Part shown: positions 1 through 9,955 of the stretch, one piece after another | Numbering within the stretch: position 1 is the first letter of the stretch | How the letters are laid out: each line of letters starts with the position of its first letter | Assembly (NCBI GenBank): GCA_022763365.1 | Contig: JALEGN010000001.1 | Location: 30,514 to 94,513, forward strand | From: Minisyncoccota bacterium | Lineage (GTDB): Bacteria > Patescibacteriota > Minisyncoccia > Phycocordibacterales > UBA1006 | Direction: 5' to 3' | DNA length: 64,000 nucleotides | The notes under the pieces: generated by a model | What the model was told of the DNA's origin: nothing | Databases searched by the model: none | Seen by the model: the letters and a program-made list of their open reading frames with translations, nothing else | Program-made: the position numbers and the translations under genes

Positions 1-6
1 AATCGA

Positions 7-432
7 TTGGGAGATTTTGGTGAAACATTAGATGTGGAATTAACACATATTCATCCAAAATTAATCAAGCGTATTGACCTTGGTCCTATTTTTGGACATT
101 ACTCAAAAGACGAGCATAGTATTTCGCAATTCTTTCATCGACATAATTTCAAACCAACTGATAGTATTATTTGGTTTGAAATACAGAAACTTGTTTCTGT
201 TGGTGAAAAGAAAACGCGTAGCAAATTTTTCAATGCTAAAACAATTTTGCAAGAATTTGAATTCTCTCAGGATATTGAATCTATGCGAAATAAAGTTTCA
301 GATATTGAATATCATCTTGTGGCACCGCATCATGTGATGCAGTATCTCTATGATGATGAAGAAGAAATGAAAACAATAATCAGAAAGGTAGGTGATAATA
401 TCACTACCTTTCATAAAAACGAACATGCATGA
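7..432 (+). CDS. hypothetical protein; the frame is open to the window edge, so it may be 5'-partial. First gene of a coupled five-gene operon.
   Basis: The ORF starts at TTG and the frame continues to position 1. Its stop overlaps the next gene's start (ATGA at 429-432). No recognisable motifs. Confidence 0.4.
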   Translation: MGDFGETLDVELTHIHPKLIKRIDLGPIFGHYSKDEHSISQFFHRHNFKPTDSIIWFEIQKLVSVGEKKTRSKFFNAKTILQEFEFSQDIESMRNKVSDIEYHLVAPHHVMQYLYDDEEEMKTIIRKVGDNITTFHKNEHA

Positions 433-2420
433 CAACACAGTCATATATACCAATAACGAAAGGTGATTTGGAAAAAGGTGCTCAGGTTGTGACATCAGCT
501 CTTGAAAAAGTTGGATGGAATGATTCTGATAGAACCACAAATCAACCAAAGAAAGAAAGTATTGAAGCTTATGCAGGAAACTTTGCACACCGACATGCAG
601 GAGCATTAGGTAGAGGAGTTTCATCAAATGTTAATACACTTTCATTAACCGGTATTGCTCAGAAATTGAGTAAAAATACGAGCATTCTCAACGAGGATTG
701 TTCGGTTGTACTAAATGCAATCTTAACGGGTATGTCTGTTGGTGTATATATTGCTGAGCAATACTATACTTCATCTGGACTTATTAAGTTACGAGTAACT
801 AAGGATTCAAGTGAGAAAGATAAGGAAGAGTATGAAGAAAAACGAGCAGCTCAAGCACGCATATTTTTGCATGTGGCTGCTAACTTTATTACTTGGACTT
901 TGGAACAGTACAAAAGCGACGAAGCTGGCGTACTAGCAATGACCTTGGATAAAAATCCAGAACTCAGCTTGAGTGGTTCAACAAATAGCATGAAATCATC
1001 TTTATATTTTTATGCCAAGTTTGTTGAGCAATCAGGTAAAGTAAATACATCGCTTGCTTTTGTAAAAGCAACCTTGGTGTATTTTGAACGAGTTTTAGAT
1101 ATTGTAGAAGCAGAAGTTAGTACGACTAATTATACTGATTTCTTTACCAGTAGACGATACAAATTATCTGATACTGATTTTGTTATCGAAGGATTTGAAC
1201 GATCTTCAGTTGGTACTCACAGCAAAGTTGAAGTACGTGACATCACCATGGACGATATTATCGCTAATGGTGAATTCCGTAAAACAAATATGCGTCAAAT
1301 TGAACGCATGTTGTGTTATGACCCAACCGAACAGAGAAATCCGTGGCAAGAGTTAGGTGGATTATCTACCTTTGCTATGAGCTATGGGCCTCCTGGAACA
1401 GGAAAATCGATGGGAATTGCTGCAACGTATAATTATGGATTTGATCTCGCTGAGAATATCGGCGTTCCATTCAAAATGTTACCTCTTCCAAAGACGTTAA
1501 TTTCTGGCATTCAGGGAGAAACGGCTGGAAAAGTTCAGCAATACTTTAGATTGTTGCGTAATCCAAGTGTGATTACCTATGCTCCATGGGATGATATTGA
1601 AAATCTCTTGAAAGATCGCTCTCGTCAGGGAGCTTCAGAAGGAGAAGGTCATATTATCAGTGGTGTATTAACTGAAACTGAAGGGGCTACGGCTGTTAAT
1701 CATGGAAACTATTTTATCCAGATTTTCAGTAATTACCCTGGAGGTATTGATGCGGCTATTTTATCACGAGTTCAAAGCCGAACGCTCTTAGGTGGTCCAA
1801 CTACCTATGAAGATTTTATGGCTTTAGACTACCTGTGGTATAAGCTGCACGAAGAACAGATTAATGGACTTGTCGGTAGTAAAAAACCTCCTAAAACAGA
1901 ATTTGAAAAATCAATGGAAATACCAGAATTTCTGGCTAACATTGAATTTGATGAATCTGTTCTTAGGCCAGAGGTTCTTGAAATCGCTAAAAAAGTTGAC
2001 AATCAGTTTGATAGTTCAGACGACCCACGTTGGGCAGCAACCTTTCAAGATTTAATGAGTAACCAGTATGATTTCTGGACGGCTCGTGAATCACGAAATG
2101 TACAGTCAGGTATTGATTTAATTCTTATGGATTTTGATATGGAAAAAGAGATGTTTGAAAACAGATCTGTATTCTTTGATAAGTCTTACAAGGAAAGAGT
2201 TGGTATCTTAAAAGAGCTGAAACGAGCTCGTGCCAAAGAGGTTGATTTTTACAAAATATGGCGTCAAGAAATGCTAAAACATGCATCATCATTGATTACC
2301 ATAAAAAGTGAGAAAATTGATCAAAAGATTGGTGAACGAACAGAAGACATGATTGTGCAGCGAGCTGCTATTAATGCAGCTGCCAAACAGCGTCCTGATT
2401 TGTTTCAAGAACAACAATAA
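429..2420 (+). CDS. AAA+ ATPase of the classical AAA clade, with a large N-terminal domain (~330 aa) and a C-terminal extension
   Basis: Walker A GPPGTGKS. An AAA-type box ISGIQGETAGKVQQYF resembles the GESEKxVRxLF box. Walker B-like ITYAPWDDIE is atypical (DD). The SRH-like stretch GGIDAAILSRVQSR is comparable to the Fts[17 protein letters not shown] seen in this same window. Confidence 0.7.
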   Translation: MTTQSYIPITKGDLEKGAQVVTSALEKVGWNDSDRTTNQPKKESIEAYAGNFAHRHAGALGRGVSSNVNTLSLTGIAQKLSKNTSILNEDCSVVLNAILTGMSVGVYIAEQYYTSSGLIKLRVTKDSSEKDKEEYEEKRAAQARIFLHVAANFITWTLEQYKSDEAGVLAMTLDKNPELSLSGSTNSMKSSLYFYAKFVEQSGKVNTSLAFVKATLVYFERVLDIVEAEVSTTNYTDFFTSRRYKLSDTDFVIEGFERSSVGTHSKVEVRDITMDDIIANGEFRKTNMRQIERMLCYDPTEQRNPWQELGGLSTFAMSYGPPGTGKSMGIAATYNYGFDLAENIGVPFKMLPLPKTLISGIQGETAGKVQQYFRLLRNPSVITYAPWDDIENLLKDRSRQGASEGEGHIISGVLTETEGATAVNHGNYFIQIFSNYPGGIDAAILSRVQSRTLLGGPTTYEDFMALDYLWYKLHEEQINGLVGSKKPPKTEFEKSMEIPEFLANIEFDESVLRPEVLEIAKKVDNQFDSSDDPRWAATFQDLMSNQYDFWTARESRNVQSGIDLILMDFDMEKEMFENRSVFFDKSYKERVGILKELKRARAKEVDFYKIWRQEMLKHASSLITIKSEKIDQKIGERTEDMIVQRAAINAAAKQRPDLFQEQQ

Positions 2421-2478
2421 ATGTATAACCATGGCTAGGTGACATGTGTGTTACCTAGCCATTTTAAAAACCTAGTTA

Positions 2479-3783
2479 ATGGAATTACTCAAAGAGCTTA
2501 AGCTCATAAACCATGGATTAATCGAAATTAATAGTTCACTATTGATTAAACGATATAACGATGCGTTGAGCTTGATTGGACTTGCGCCAACTCAGCTCAA
2601 AACATTTTTCATTGATGGTTGGGGTTGGTCACCGGAAATTGCAAAAGAAAAAGATGATAAATTTTATCTTTCTCATGGACTTGAAAATCCTTATGCAATA
2701 ATCCTTACACCTGAGCAAAAAAATGTTTCGGTATATATGCCAACTCATTCTTTTGATAAACAAATTCTTAAGAAAATTTTTCTAGAATTTGAACCTCAAA
2801 TACATGACTTGACCATGAAAACAGCAATTGTTGTTGAGTGTGATCAAGAGATATCACGGTATGTAAATGCAGAAGACTTACTTGGGATTGAATATTTTAT
2901 GCTTAATTTTAAAACTGTCGGAGATCTTTCTTCTAAAAAGAAAGAACAACAGCAACTTGAAAGTGAGTTTTATAAAAATCCTATGGCTTGGTCAAATCAT
3001 GATCTTCGAGAACAACTCGTAGAAAGCTATGCAATCTATGGTGTACTTGCAAAGAAAAAGTATTATTTGCCAAGCCTACCATTTTCAAATGTGCAGTGTT
3101 TTTACACAAAGGCATTTGGCGGTACTTTTGTCATAAATAGCATTTCTAAATATCTTCCTCAGCCCTTGTTGATTCATGAGAAGAAAACAAAGAAAGCTGA
3201 GAAGATTAGAGGTCAAGCTGCAGGGCATATGGAGTTTAATCTCCAAGACCCGAAGCTTATTACGTATCTTAAAAAACGTAATGTTATTGGGGTATACGAA
3301 GAAAAACTGAGGGAAGAAATTGATGATATTAACAGGCTCCTTCACTGCGAAGTAGTAAACGCTATTTCAGATAAGGAACCCGAACTTCTTATTCGGGAAC
3401 TCAGTACTCCTCAACTTGATGGTTATATCCATAATTATTTAGAGAAAAAACGGCTTGGTAAGGTTTTTAGTAATTTAGAATGTCTCTGCTCTGATTTGAA
3501 AAAGAATCGAAGTATTGATATTACTGAATTATTACCAGAAACAAGAAACCATCTCTTGCGCCCTAATCCGATGCTTGATGATGAAACAAGACGTGTCATC
3601 TGGAGAATCTTACTCAAGGTTAATTCTTTTGATGTTTTTAGACTCTATGTCTATGACAAAGAAGAGTTCTTTAAAGAATATCTTTCTTGGCCCTTAGGAA
3701 AACGTCATTGGGTCGCTCACTATATTGCCGAGCGATACCAAGACAACGATGAATTTGAAATTAACACTAAAAACGATACATAA
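2479..3783 (+). CDS. hypothetical protein (434 aa), operon member
   Basis: Long ORF with no recognisable motif. The stop overlaps the next start by 1 nt (taATGa at 3781-3786). Confidence 0.5.
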   Translation: MELLKELKLINHGLIEINSSLLIKRYNDALSLIGLAPTQLKTFFIDGWGWSPEIAKEKDDKFYLSHGLENPYAIILTPEQKNVSVYMPTHSFDKQILKKIFLEFEPQIHDLTMKTAIVVECDQEISRYVNAEDLLGIEYFMLNFKTVGDLSSKKKEQQQLESEFYKNPMAWSNHDLREQLVESYAIYGVLAKKKYYLPSLPFSNVQCFYTKAFGGTFVINSISKYLPQPLLIHEKKTKKAEKIRGQAAGHMEFNLQDPKLITYLKKRNVIGVYEEKLREEIDDINRLLHCEVVNAISDKEPELLIRELSTPQLDGYIHNYLEKKRLGKVFSNLECLCSDLKKNRSIDITELLPETRNHLLRPNPMLDDETRRVIWRILLKVNSFDVFRLYVYDKEEFFKEYLSWPLGKRHWVAHYIAERYQDNDEFEINTKNDT

Positions 3784-4385
3784 TGAAAGTAACTATTTCA
3801 GCACTATTGGTAACAGGAATAATTTTTATTCTTGGTATGTTTCTTTCTTATCGCGATGCACTGCGAAAGAAGAAACCAGAGGGATTATTATCAGCCTTTT
3901 ATGGTTTGATATTAAAACCTCTTGGATGGAATCCAGAACCAAAAACTAAAGCAATGAGAGGATATGTCTTTGGGCAAAATTTTCTTATTCGCCTTATTTC
4001 CGCATTCATATTTGTGATATGTGTGAAGTTATGTTGGTGGTTAGGGACGGGAGCTCTTGGATTAGAGTCGTATAGTACATCAGGCGGCGTATCTACAAGA
4101 TGGATGATTATTCATTTGGTGGCAGCCTTAGCAAGTATGTATCTCTTTGACCTTTGGCCATCAGTCAGAAAAAAAACTTTTGAACGTGCTGAGAATTTTG
4201 CCAATTCAGGCAAAGAGCATTTTCAAGAGAATATGGCTGGTATTAAAGCAAAAACAGAGTCTTTTCGAAAAAGGTTTCAAAAAGAGAAACCTCAAGAAGA
4301 GACAAAAACAAATGTTCAACCACAAGAAACGAAGAAGAAATCTTTAGAAGATATCGATACTTCAAATCTTGATAAATATCAATAA
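3783..4385 (+). CDS. membrane protein (~3 TM helices) with a charged C-terminal tail
   Basis: Hydrophobic segments LLVTGIIFILGMFL, LIRLISAFIFVICV and MIIHLVAALASMYLF. The tail is K/E-rich. The stop abuts the next start. Confidence 0.5.
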   Translation: MKVTISALLVTGIIFILGMFLSYRDALRKKKPEGLLSAFYGLILKPLGWNPEPKTKAMRGYVFGQNFLIRLISAFIFVICVKLCWWLGTGALGLESYSTSGGVSTRWMIIHLVAALASMYLFDLWPSVRKKTFERAENFANSGKEHFQENMAGIKAKTESFRKRFQKEKPQEETKTNVQPQETKKKSLEDIDTSNLDKYQ

Positions 4386-6341
4386 ATGGAAACAGATATT
4401 AAACCCAAAAAACTAAGTGGTAATCGCTTTGTACGTTTTGGTCACAGTCTATGGAAATTTTTCGTTTTTATAGCTAAAACATTCTTATGGATTGTGGCTT
4501 GGCCTTACATGTTCGCTGGTAAACATCGAACACGATTAGACCAAAGTATTGAACGATTGAAGACAGAGCGATACTCTGAAGAACATATTCGTGTTCATCG
4601 TTTTTGGATGAATATTAAATATCGTTTCTTAAAAATCTTCAGATGGTTAGCTGTTTGGGCTGTTATTTGGTGGCCAATTCTATTATTTTTTGAACGAGCC
4701 TATTTGCATCCAATAGTATTATTTGTGAGTATTAAAACTCCCGTAATATTATTATTGGCATTGGTTGGTTTTCTCTTTGTTCGTAAATTTAATCGAGTGA
4801 AGAAAACAAGTAATAAAATTATTACAGCGGCTGTTGCAATCACAATTGGTGTTGGAACCTTTTATCTTGGTGAATGGACCTATGATTATTGTGCCTATGC
4901 GTATAATTTTCATACGCGAATAAAAGCACAAGAAATTAGTGTTTTACCAGAAACCGATTATGAAAAAGTTCATGCACGTGTCACCGTTCATGGTGTCGCC
5001 GAGCGTGATCGAACTGAAGATACACAAGATGTAACTTTGGCTCATTACGTTCGTGACATTGATGATGGTGAACATTATTGGACAATGGGTGTTGAACCAT
5101 CTAAGACTAAATGGGTACAGTATCTTTTCGGTAATGTATCACAAGTATTCTTTACTAAAGGTAACTCATTGAGTTTACGTTTTGATAAAGAATCCAAGGA
5201 GGTTACTGATGTTGATTTTCAATTTGGAGAATATTTACTATTCTCAAATAACATAGAACAAGCAGCAATTAAAAAACTCAATGCTCTCCAGTATTGGAGA
5301 TACGAGCCAGCTGATTACGCTATTTATATTAATCGAGGATCAAAACCAGATGAAAATGGAGAAATGAAGAAAGATTGGGTACAGGTCATTCCCGTGACAA
5401 AATGGGTTGGGGTTTTATTCCCAATGCCAGAACCAGCTGGAGTGATTGTTATTGACCAAAACCATGTAAGTTATGTTGAAAAAATATTTCTTGGCGCCGG
5501 AGACTTTGTTTCTCGCGCTGAAGTACGTGATACTGACTACTTACAAGGTCAACTATTAATACCCGAGAGTTATTCGGTATACATGGCAAATTGCTTTAGG
5601 TTTTACCACAGTTTGTTTGCTCCTATGCCAGGAAATCATGAGGGAGATATTCGGATTCCGAATATTCCAAATAATTTCACAAGCTTTCCATTTAAAGAGT
5701 ATTTCCGTATGAGTAAGGTTGATTCAACAGGGAATGCTTATGATGGTTTTTATCATTATATTCCATTGTCACCCTTTGGTGATAAGAATCTCTTAAGTCT
5801 GAGTTTATTTGTGGCAGGTGATGATGGACGTGATGTCTATTACATTGATCACAAAAAGACTGGTACAAAAATGGATGGACCATCAAGTATCCCTTCGAGG
5901 GTTGTTGATGGTAATAGTAACTATGATTGGAGTAAAGCTGTTCCAACTGAAGTAAGTCCTGTTGTTAAAACAGTCCACGGAGAACGGCATCTTATTTGGA
6001 AGTCTGCAATACAGACCTATGGAGACGATGAACGTACTCAAATTACCTTCGGTAAAACAGAATTATTTTTTCTTGTTGCAAAAGACCTTTCTGCTTCTAT
6101 CCGTTTAGAGGGGAGAGATGCATCTACAGCTAACTGGCAATCAGGGTTTGAATCAATTATTGATCCTCCTGATGGCTGGAAGCCGCCTGTTGAATTAATT
6201 GACTCTGAAATCGAGATACCAGAACAAGAAATAATTGTTAAACCAACAATTTCCCAAGATTCAACTTCTCAGGTAAATACGGTTAAGATAGATAGTGTTC
6301 TTTATGAAAAAGAGAAAGATACTTTAAGTATCAACCAATAA
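4386..6341 (+). CDS. polytopic membrane protein (4 N-terminal TM helices) with a large C-terminal soluble domain (~450 aa) of unknown function
   Basis: TM segments FFVFIAKTFLWIVAWPYMF, LAVWAVIWWPILLFF, VILLLALVGFLFV and IITAAVAITIGVGTFYLG, followed by a long hydrophilic domain. Followed directly by a rho-independent terminator. Confidence 0.55.
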   Translation: METDIKPKKLSGNRFVRFGHSLWKFFVFIAKTFLWIVAWPYMFAGKHRTRLDQSIERLKTERYSEEHIRVHRFWMNIKYRFLKIFRWLAVWAVIWWPILLFFERAYLHPIVLFVSIKTPVILLLALVGFLFVRKFNRVKKTSNKIITAAVAITIGVGTFYLGEWTYDYCAYAYNFHTRIKAQEISVLPETDYEKVHARVTVHGVAERDRTEDTQDVTLAHYVRDIDDGEHYWTMGVEPSKTKWVQYLFGNVSQVFFTKGNSLSLRFDKESKEVTDVDFQFGEYLLFSNNIEQAAIKKLNALQYWRYEPADYAIYINRGSKPDENGEMKKDWVQVIPVTKWVGVLFPMPEPAGVIVIDQNHVSYVEKIFLGAGDFVSRAEVRDTDYLQGQLLIPESYSVYMANCFRFYHSLFAPMPGNHEGDIRIPNIPNNFTSFPFKEYFRMSKVDSTGNAYDGFYHYIPLSPFGDKNLLSLSLFVAGDDGRDVYYIDHKKTGTKMDGPSSIPSRVVDGNSNYDWSKAVPTEVSPVVKTVHGERHLIWKSAIQTYGDDERTQITFGKTELFFLVAKDLSASIRLEGRDASTANWQSGFESIIDPPDGWKPPVELIDSEIEIPEQEIIVKPTISQDSTSQVNTVKIDSVLYEKEKDTLSINQ

Positions 6342-6349
6342 TTTAATAA

Positions 6350-6377
6350 ACCCGACACTTTGTGTCGGGTTTTTTCT
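6350..6377 (+). terminator. rho-independent terminator closing the 5-gene operon
   Basis: Hairpin cccgacac-tttg-tgtcggg followed by a tttttt run. Confidence 0.8.
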
Positions 6378-6438
6378 TGGTATTGATTATTTTAAATTTT
6401 ACGATAATATTAAAAATAGAACCTAAAATTAAAAACAG

Positions 6439-6960
6439 ATGAAATTAAAATTTAAAGACGTAACAAAGTTTCTCAAGGGAAAGTATCAAGAAGTTGCCGA
6501 ACTCATTCCTTCTACAGAGGAAATCGAGAAGGCATTAAAATCTATTCCCGATTTTCTGGAAGATAGGGGAGTCTTAAGGTGGTTTCGAAGACTTGATAAG
6601 GAAGCCAGAGCCAAAGTCAAATCAGCCTTTTCAGACCGATCAGCTCGTAGAATTTTATTAATTCTTCTGAGTCTCGCAATCCCAACAAAATTATTTTATC
6701 GTATCTTGTTGGGTATTGTTGATATTGAAGATGTAAAGTTGGTTAATACTAACGAAAAATCAATTTCAATTACCTTGCTCGATCAACGAGCCGTGAGCTT
6801 TAATAGAAGTGAAGAAGGGGTATGGACCTGCGCTTTTGGTCCTAATGGAAGACAGCGAACCATTCCTCTACCAGAAGGTATAGATAAAATCCTTGCTAAT
6901 TTTAAAGTCAAAGCTCCTTGGAAATCAAGCAATGAAACTGATTCGACCGAAGAAGGGTAA
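6439..6960 (+). CDS. hypothetical protein
   Basis: 173-aa ORF with an AT-rich promoter-like upstream region. The overlapping minus ORF 6783..7022 is treated as a shadow ORF. Confidence 0.4.
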   Translation: MKLKFKDVTKFLKGKYQEVAELIPSTEEIEKALKSIPDFLEDRGVLRWFRRLDKEARAKVKSAFSDRSARRILLILLSLAIPTKLFYRILLGIVDIEDVKLVNTNEKSISITLLDQRAVSFNRSEEGVWTCAFGPNGRQRTIPLPEGIDKILANFKVKAPWKSSNETDSTEEG

Positions 6961-7056
6961 AAACCTCTCATAACTAAATAAAACCTACAGAGAAATCTGT
7001 GGGTTTTAAATTTGATTTTCAATTTTTAATCATTATAATTAAACAAAAAATACAAT

Positions 7057-7656
7057 ATGGTAGAAACAATTATTGATTCGTATGTGTTAAATAAATTTCA
7101 GAAAATTAGTGATTTTGTTCAAGATTGGTTTGGAGTAGATAATTTTAAAATAGCCCAAATAGCTTTTCATTTATATGTTATTACAAATTTATTAAATGAA
7201 TTGTTTGAATTTAAAGAACTCGGGTCTATTTTTTGGCTTTGTATTGGTATAATATTTTTCTTTATATTTTTTATTGTTTATAGATTTCTTTTAAGAATAA
7301 CTCAGTCTGCTTACTCAAGTAACCCACAATTCCAAAATAGATTAGGTACTACGGGTACCATCATTGGTATGTTTAGATGTTACTTTTTTGTCTTCTTAGT
7401 ATTGAGTTTATTTTTTCTATTTTTTCATCTTGGTCATGAGCATGTTCCAAAAAATGCAGGAGATATAGTCTATCCAAATTACTTAAGGTTTATAAGTTTT
7501 CTAGAGCAGTTATTTGAAGTTTGTTTCGTTTATTTTATTTCTTGTACACCTAAGCCTAAAAAACCAAGTAAATTTAAAAAATTCATAGAAAAAATGAAAA
7601 CGAGCTTTTCATCGCAAGGTCAAGGAACATTAGTCCCTAATTTTGTGAAAATATAA
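7057..7656 (+). CDS. hypothetical polytopic membrane protein (very AT-rich gene)
   Basis: Multiple hydrophobic stretches such as IFWLCIGIIFFFIFFIVY and YFFVFLVLSLFFLFF. A bidirectional terminator (aatccca/tgggatt) follows at 7658-7681. Confidence 0.4.
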   Translation: MVETIIDSYVLNKFQKISDFVQDWFGVDNFKIAQIAFHLYVITNLLNELFEFKELGSIFWLCIGIIFFFIFFIVYRFLLRITQSAYSSNPQFQNRLGTTGTIIGMFRCYFFVFLVLSLFFLFFHLGHEHVPKNAGDIVYPNYLRFISFLEQLFEVCFVYFISCTPKPKKPSKFKKFIEKMKTSFSSQGQGTLVPNFVKI

Positions 7657-7678
7657 AATCCCAAAAAAATGGGATTTT

Positions 7679-8434
7679 TTATAATTTATCAAACAATGTT
7701 TGAAATATATTTTTTTGGAATTCAGCAACTTCTTCATTCTCAATAATGTATGCATTGTCTGTGTTAAAGTCTAAGAAAGAAACCTTGTTGTTGTAAATAA
7801 ATTGCACAATATTTTGCTTGAATTGATTTTCCTCAGAGTCAATAAATTTAATATTTCTATTGGTTCGCAATTTTTTTTGATTACCTGAATTTCGATTCGT
7901 AATAACATCACGGCTCAGATTTTTGTTATCGCGTAGAGTACGATATTTTTTCGGTACATATGAATCGACGTTAATCTGATCTTTTGCTGAAGAGTAGCGA
8001 TAAAAATGATCTCCTTTATTTAGAGTCTCGACAACATCAAGGAATGCATGAGCAATTCCTTTTTTACCTTCATGATGTTCAACGATAAGTTTTGATGAAT
8101 TCTTTGCTTGATTATATGATAGGTCTGGAATGATAGTATTTAAATTTTCCTCAATGGTATCCATTATATGATAAAGCCGTGATGCTTTTGCCGCGCTATA
8201 TTTTTTTCTTTTTCCTTCTATAATTTCAATCAAGAGACCCTTTTCAAGAAGGGAAGATATAGCGGTATAAATTGCTGGTCTGTGATGAGAGGTATTTTTT
8301 TCTATGTCACTAATACTTAATGCACCATGTAAATTGAGGCATAAATATACTGATGATTCAACACTTGAAAGACCAACTTGTTGAAGTATATTATTATAAT
8401 TCTTCATACTAAAAATGTACCATAAAAGGTACAT
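7679..8434 (-). CDS. TrmB-family (winged helix) transcriptional regulator; the real start is probably the internal Met (MKNYNN...)
   Basis: N-terminal wHTH LSSVESSVYLCLNLHGALSISDIEKNTSHHRPAIYTAISSLLEKGLLIEII is typical of the TrmB N-terminal domain. Confidence 0.55.
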   Translation of the reverse strand: MYLLWYIFSMKNYNNILQQVGLSSVESSVYLCLNLHGALSISDIEKNTSHHRPAIYTAISSLLEKGLLIEIIEGKRKKYSAAKASRLYHIMDTIEENLNTIIPDLSYNQAKNSSKLIVEHHEGKKGIAHAFLDVVETLNKGDHFYRYSSAKDQINVDSYVPKKYRTLRDNKNLSRDVITNRNSGNQKKLRTNRNIKFIDSEENQFKQNIVQFIYNNKVSFLDFNTDNAYIIENEEVAEFQKNIFQTLFDKL

Positions 8435-8584
8435 TTTTTAAACAGTAATTTTATATATTTATATAATGAATACTCATTATTTTATTTTCTATAGTACATT
8501 TTTATTATTTTGAAATAAAATATATCGTATAGTTTCCTATACTAATAATGAATTTGTTACTTAAAAATTTAAAACTAATATATT

Positions 8585-8866
8585 ATGGAAATTATTAAAG
8601 AAGGGTCGCCGCATGGTTGGTCTCGGGAATATGAATGTACTGGTCATGGTAACGGTGGTGGAGGTTGTGGAGCCTTGCTGTTGGTAACCGAAGATGATGT
8701 ATATCAAACTTCTCGTAGTTTTTACGATGGGAGTACTGATTATTACGTTACCTTTACCTGTATAGGCTGTGGTGTGGCAACTGATATTGTTAGCGATGGT
8801 AAAAATTGCTCTCATGATGTTCCGTCAAGAGTGAGAGATAAGGCACGAAACAAAAAAAGAAAATGA
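8585..8866 (+). CDS. small Gly/Cys-rich hypothetical protein (possible zinc ribbon)
   Basis: Contains ECTGHGNGGGGCGA and CIGCG. Its stop sits 1 nt before the apt start. It competes with minus ORF 8561..8815. Confidence 0.3.
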   Translation: MEIIKEGSPHGWSREYECTGHGNGGGGCGALLLVTEDDVYQTSRSFYDGSTDYYVTFTCIGCGVATDIVSDGKNCSHDVPSRVRDKARNKKRK

Positions 8867-8867
8867 T

Positions 8868-9398
8868 ATGAAAACACTTGAACAAAAATTAGAAAAGGAA
8901 ATCCTTACTATTAATGATTTTCCTAAGAAAGGAATTGCTTTTAAAGATTTACAAAGCATCTTATCAAATCCAGAACTTGTTTCTGATATTGTTGAATCAT
9001 TTGTGAATCAAATTGAAAAAAACGTAACTGTTATTGTTGGCTTAGAATCCCGAGGTTTTCTTTTCGGGATGTTAATTGCTAAAGAGCTTGGACTTCCATT
9101 TGTAATGTTACGTAAACCGGGGAAGTTACCTCCACCAGTTATTAATCTGAAATATTTAAAAGAATATGGTTCAGATAGTATTGAAATACGTGAAGGGGTA
9201 ATTAGTGAGAACGATAAGGTTCATATTCACGACGATTTATTAGCTACTGGTGGTAGCGCAAAAGCAGCTCAGGATTTAATTAAAAAAAGTGGAGCTGAGG
9301 TTTCAGGATTCTCTTTTGTTATGGAGTTACCAAGATTAAAGGGGAGAGATGTACTTGATTCCAGGTCTATTGTTTCATTAGTAAAATTTAATAACTGA
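8868..9398 (+). CDS. apt: adenine phosphoribosyltransferase
   Basis: PRTase motifs VIVGLESRGFLFG and the PRPP-binding loop VHIHDDLLATGGSA. Length ~176 aa, typical of APRT. Confidence 0.85.
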   Translation: MKTLEQKLEKEILTINDFPKKGIAFKDLQSILSNPELVSDIVESFVNQIEKNVTVIVGLESRGFLFGMLIAKELGLPFVMLRKPGKLPPPVINLKYLKEYGSDSIEIREGVISENDKVHIHDDLLATGGSAKAAQDLIKKSGAEVSGFSFVMELPRLKGRDVLDSRSIVSLVKFNN

Positions 9399-9904
9399 TG
9401 AAAGTATACCTTGCTTCAAAAAGTAAAATAAAAGTGAATGCTTGCCATCAAGCATTCACTTCTTGTTTTAAAAAGGAAATCTATGTATATCCAGTAACGG
9501 TTTCTTCTTTAGTTTCAGAACAACCTTTAGGTAAGTTTGAAATTATTGAAGGTGCAAAAAATAGACTTAATGGTTTACTGGATTATTATAATGATTCATA
9601 TTTTGTCTCTATTGAGAATGGAATTTTTTATGAAGATGGAAGATTTTTCGACATTGCATATGTTTTAGTAAAAAGTCTTAATGGTGAAGAATTTTATATT
9701 TGGTCAGAGGCTATCGAATTTCCCTTTGAATATGCTAAAAGAGCATACATTCTAGGAGGTATTAAAACTGCAGGGGAAATGATGATTGAAGAAGGTATTA
9801 TTAAAAATCATAATGATCCACACAAAGAATTAATTGGTATTTCTCGAGAAGTAATCTTAAAAAATGCTCTTATAAAAATTTTAAAAACTATTAAAAAAAC
9901 CTGA
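9398..9904 (+). CDS. inosine/xanthosine triphosphatase-like NTPase (YjjX/DUF84-like)
   Basis: The pattern VTVSSLVSEQPLGKFEIIEGAKNRL resembles YjjX [24 protein letters not shown]. Overlaps the apt stop (ATGA), giving purine-salvage context. Confidence 0.5.
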   Translation: MKVYLASKSKIKVNACHQAFTSCFKKEIYVYPVTVSSLVSEQPLGKFEIIEGAKNRLNGLLDYYNDSYFVSIENGIFYEDGRFFDIAYVLVKSLNGEEFYIWSEAIEFPFEYAKRAYILGGIKTAGEMMIEEGIIKNHNDPHKELIGISREVILKNALIKILKTIKKT

Positions 9905-9928
9905 AAATAATTCAGGTTTTTTATTTTT
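9895..9928 (+). terminator. rho-independent terminator. Its sequence is near-identical to the one at 10963-10996.
   Basis: aaaaaacctgaaaataattcaggttttttatttttc. Confidence 0.75.
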
Positions 9929-9955
9929 CTCTATAAGAAATGGTATGCTAGGTGT

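Noticed and set aside
298-627. Minus-strand ORF overlapping the 5' end of the AAA+ gene, and other antisense ORFs inside long genes (for example 11547..11891, 28269..28454, 39569..39885, 47155..47625, 55448..55666, 56450..56761)
   Set aside because: They lie entirely within, and antisense or out of frame to, long conserved-motif-bearing genes. They are typical shadow ORFs of AT-rich DNA.
8561-8815. Minus-strand 84-aa ORF
   Set aside because: It overlaps the plus-strand Cys/Gly-rich ORF, which is stop-to-start coupled with apt. Neither is strongly supported, and the plus-strand one is preferred on context.
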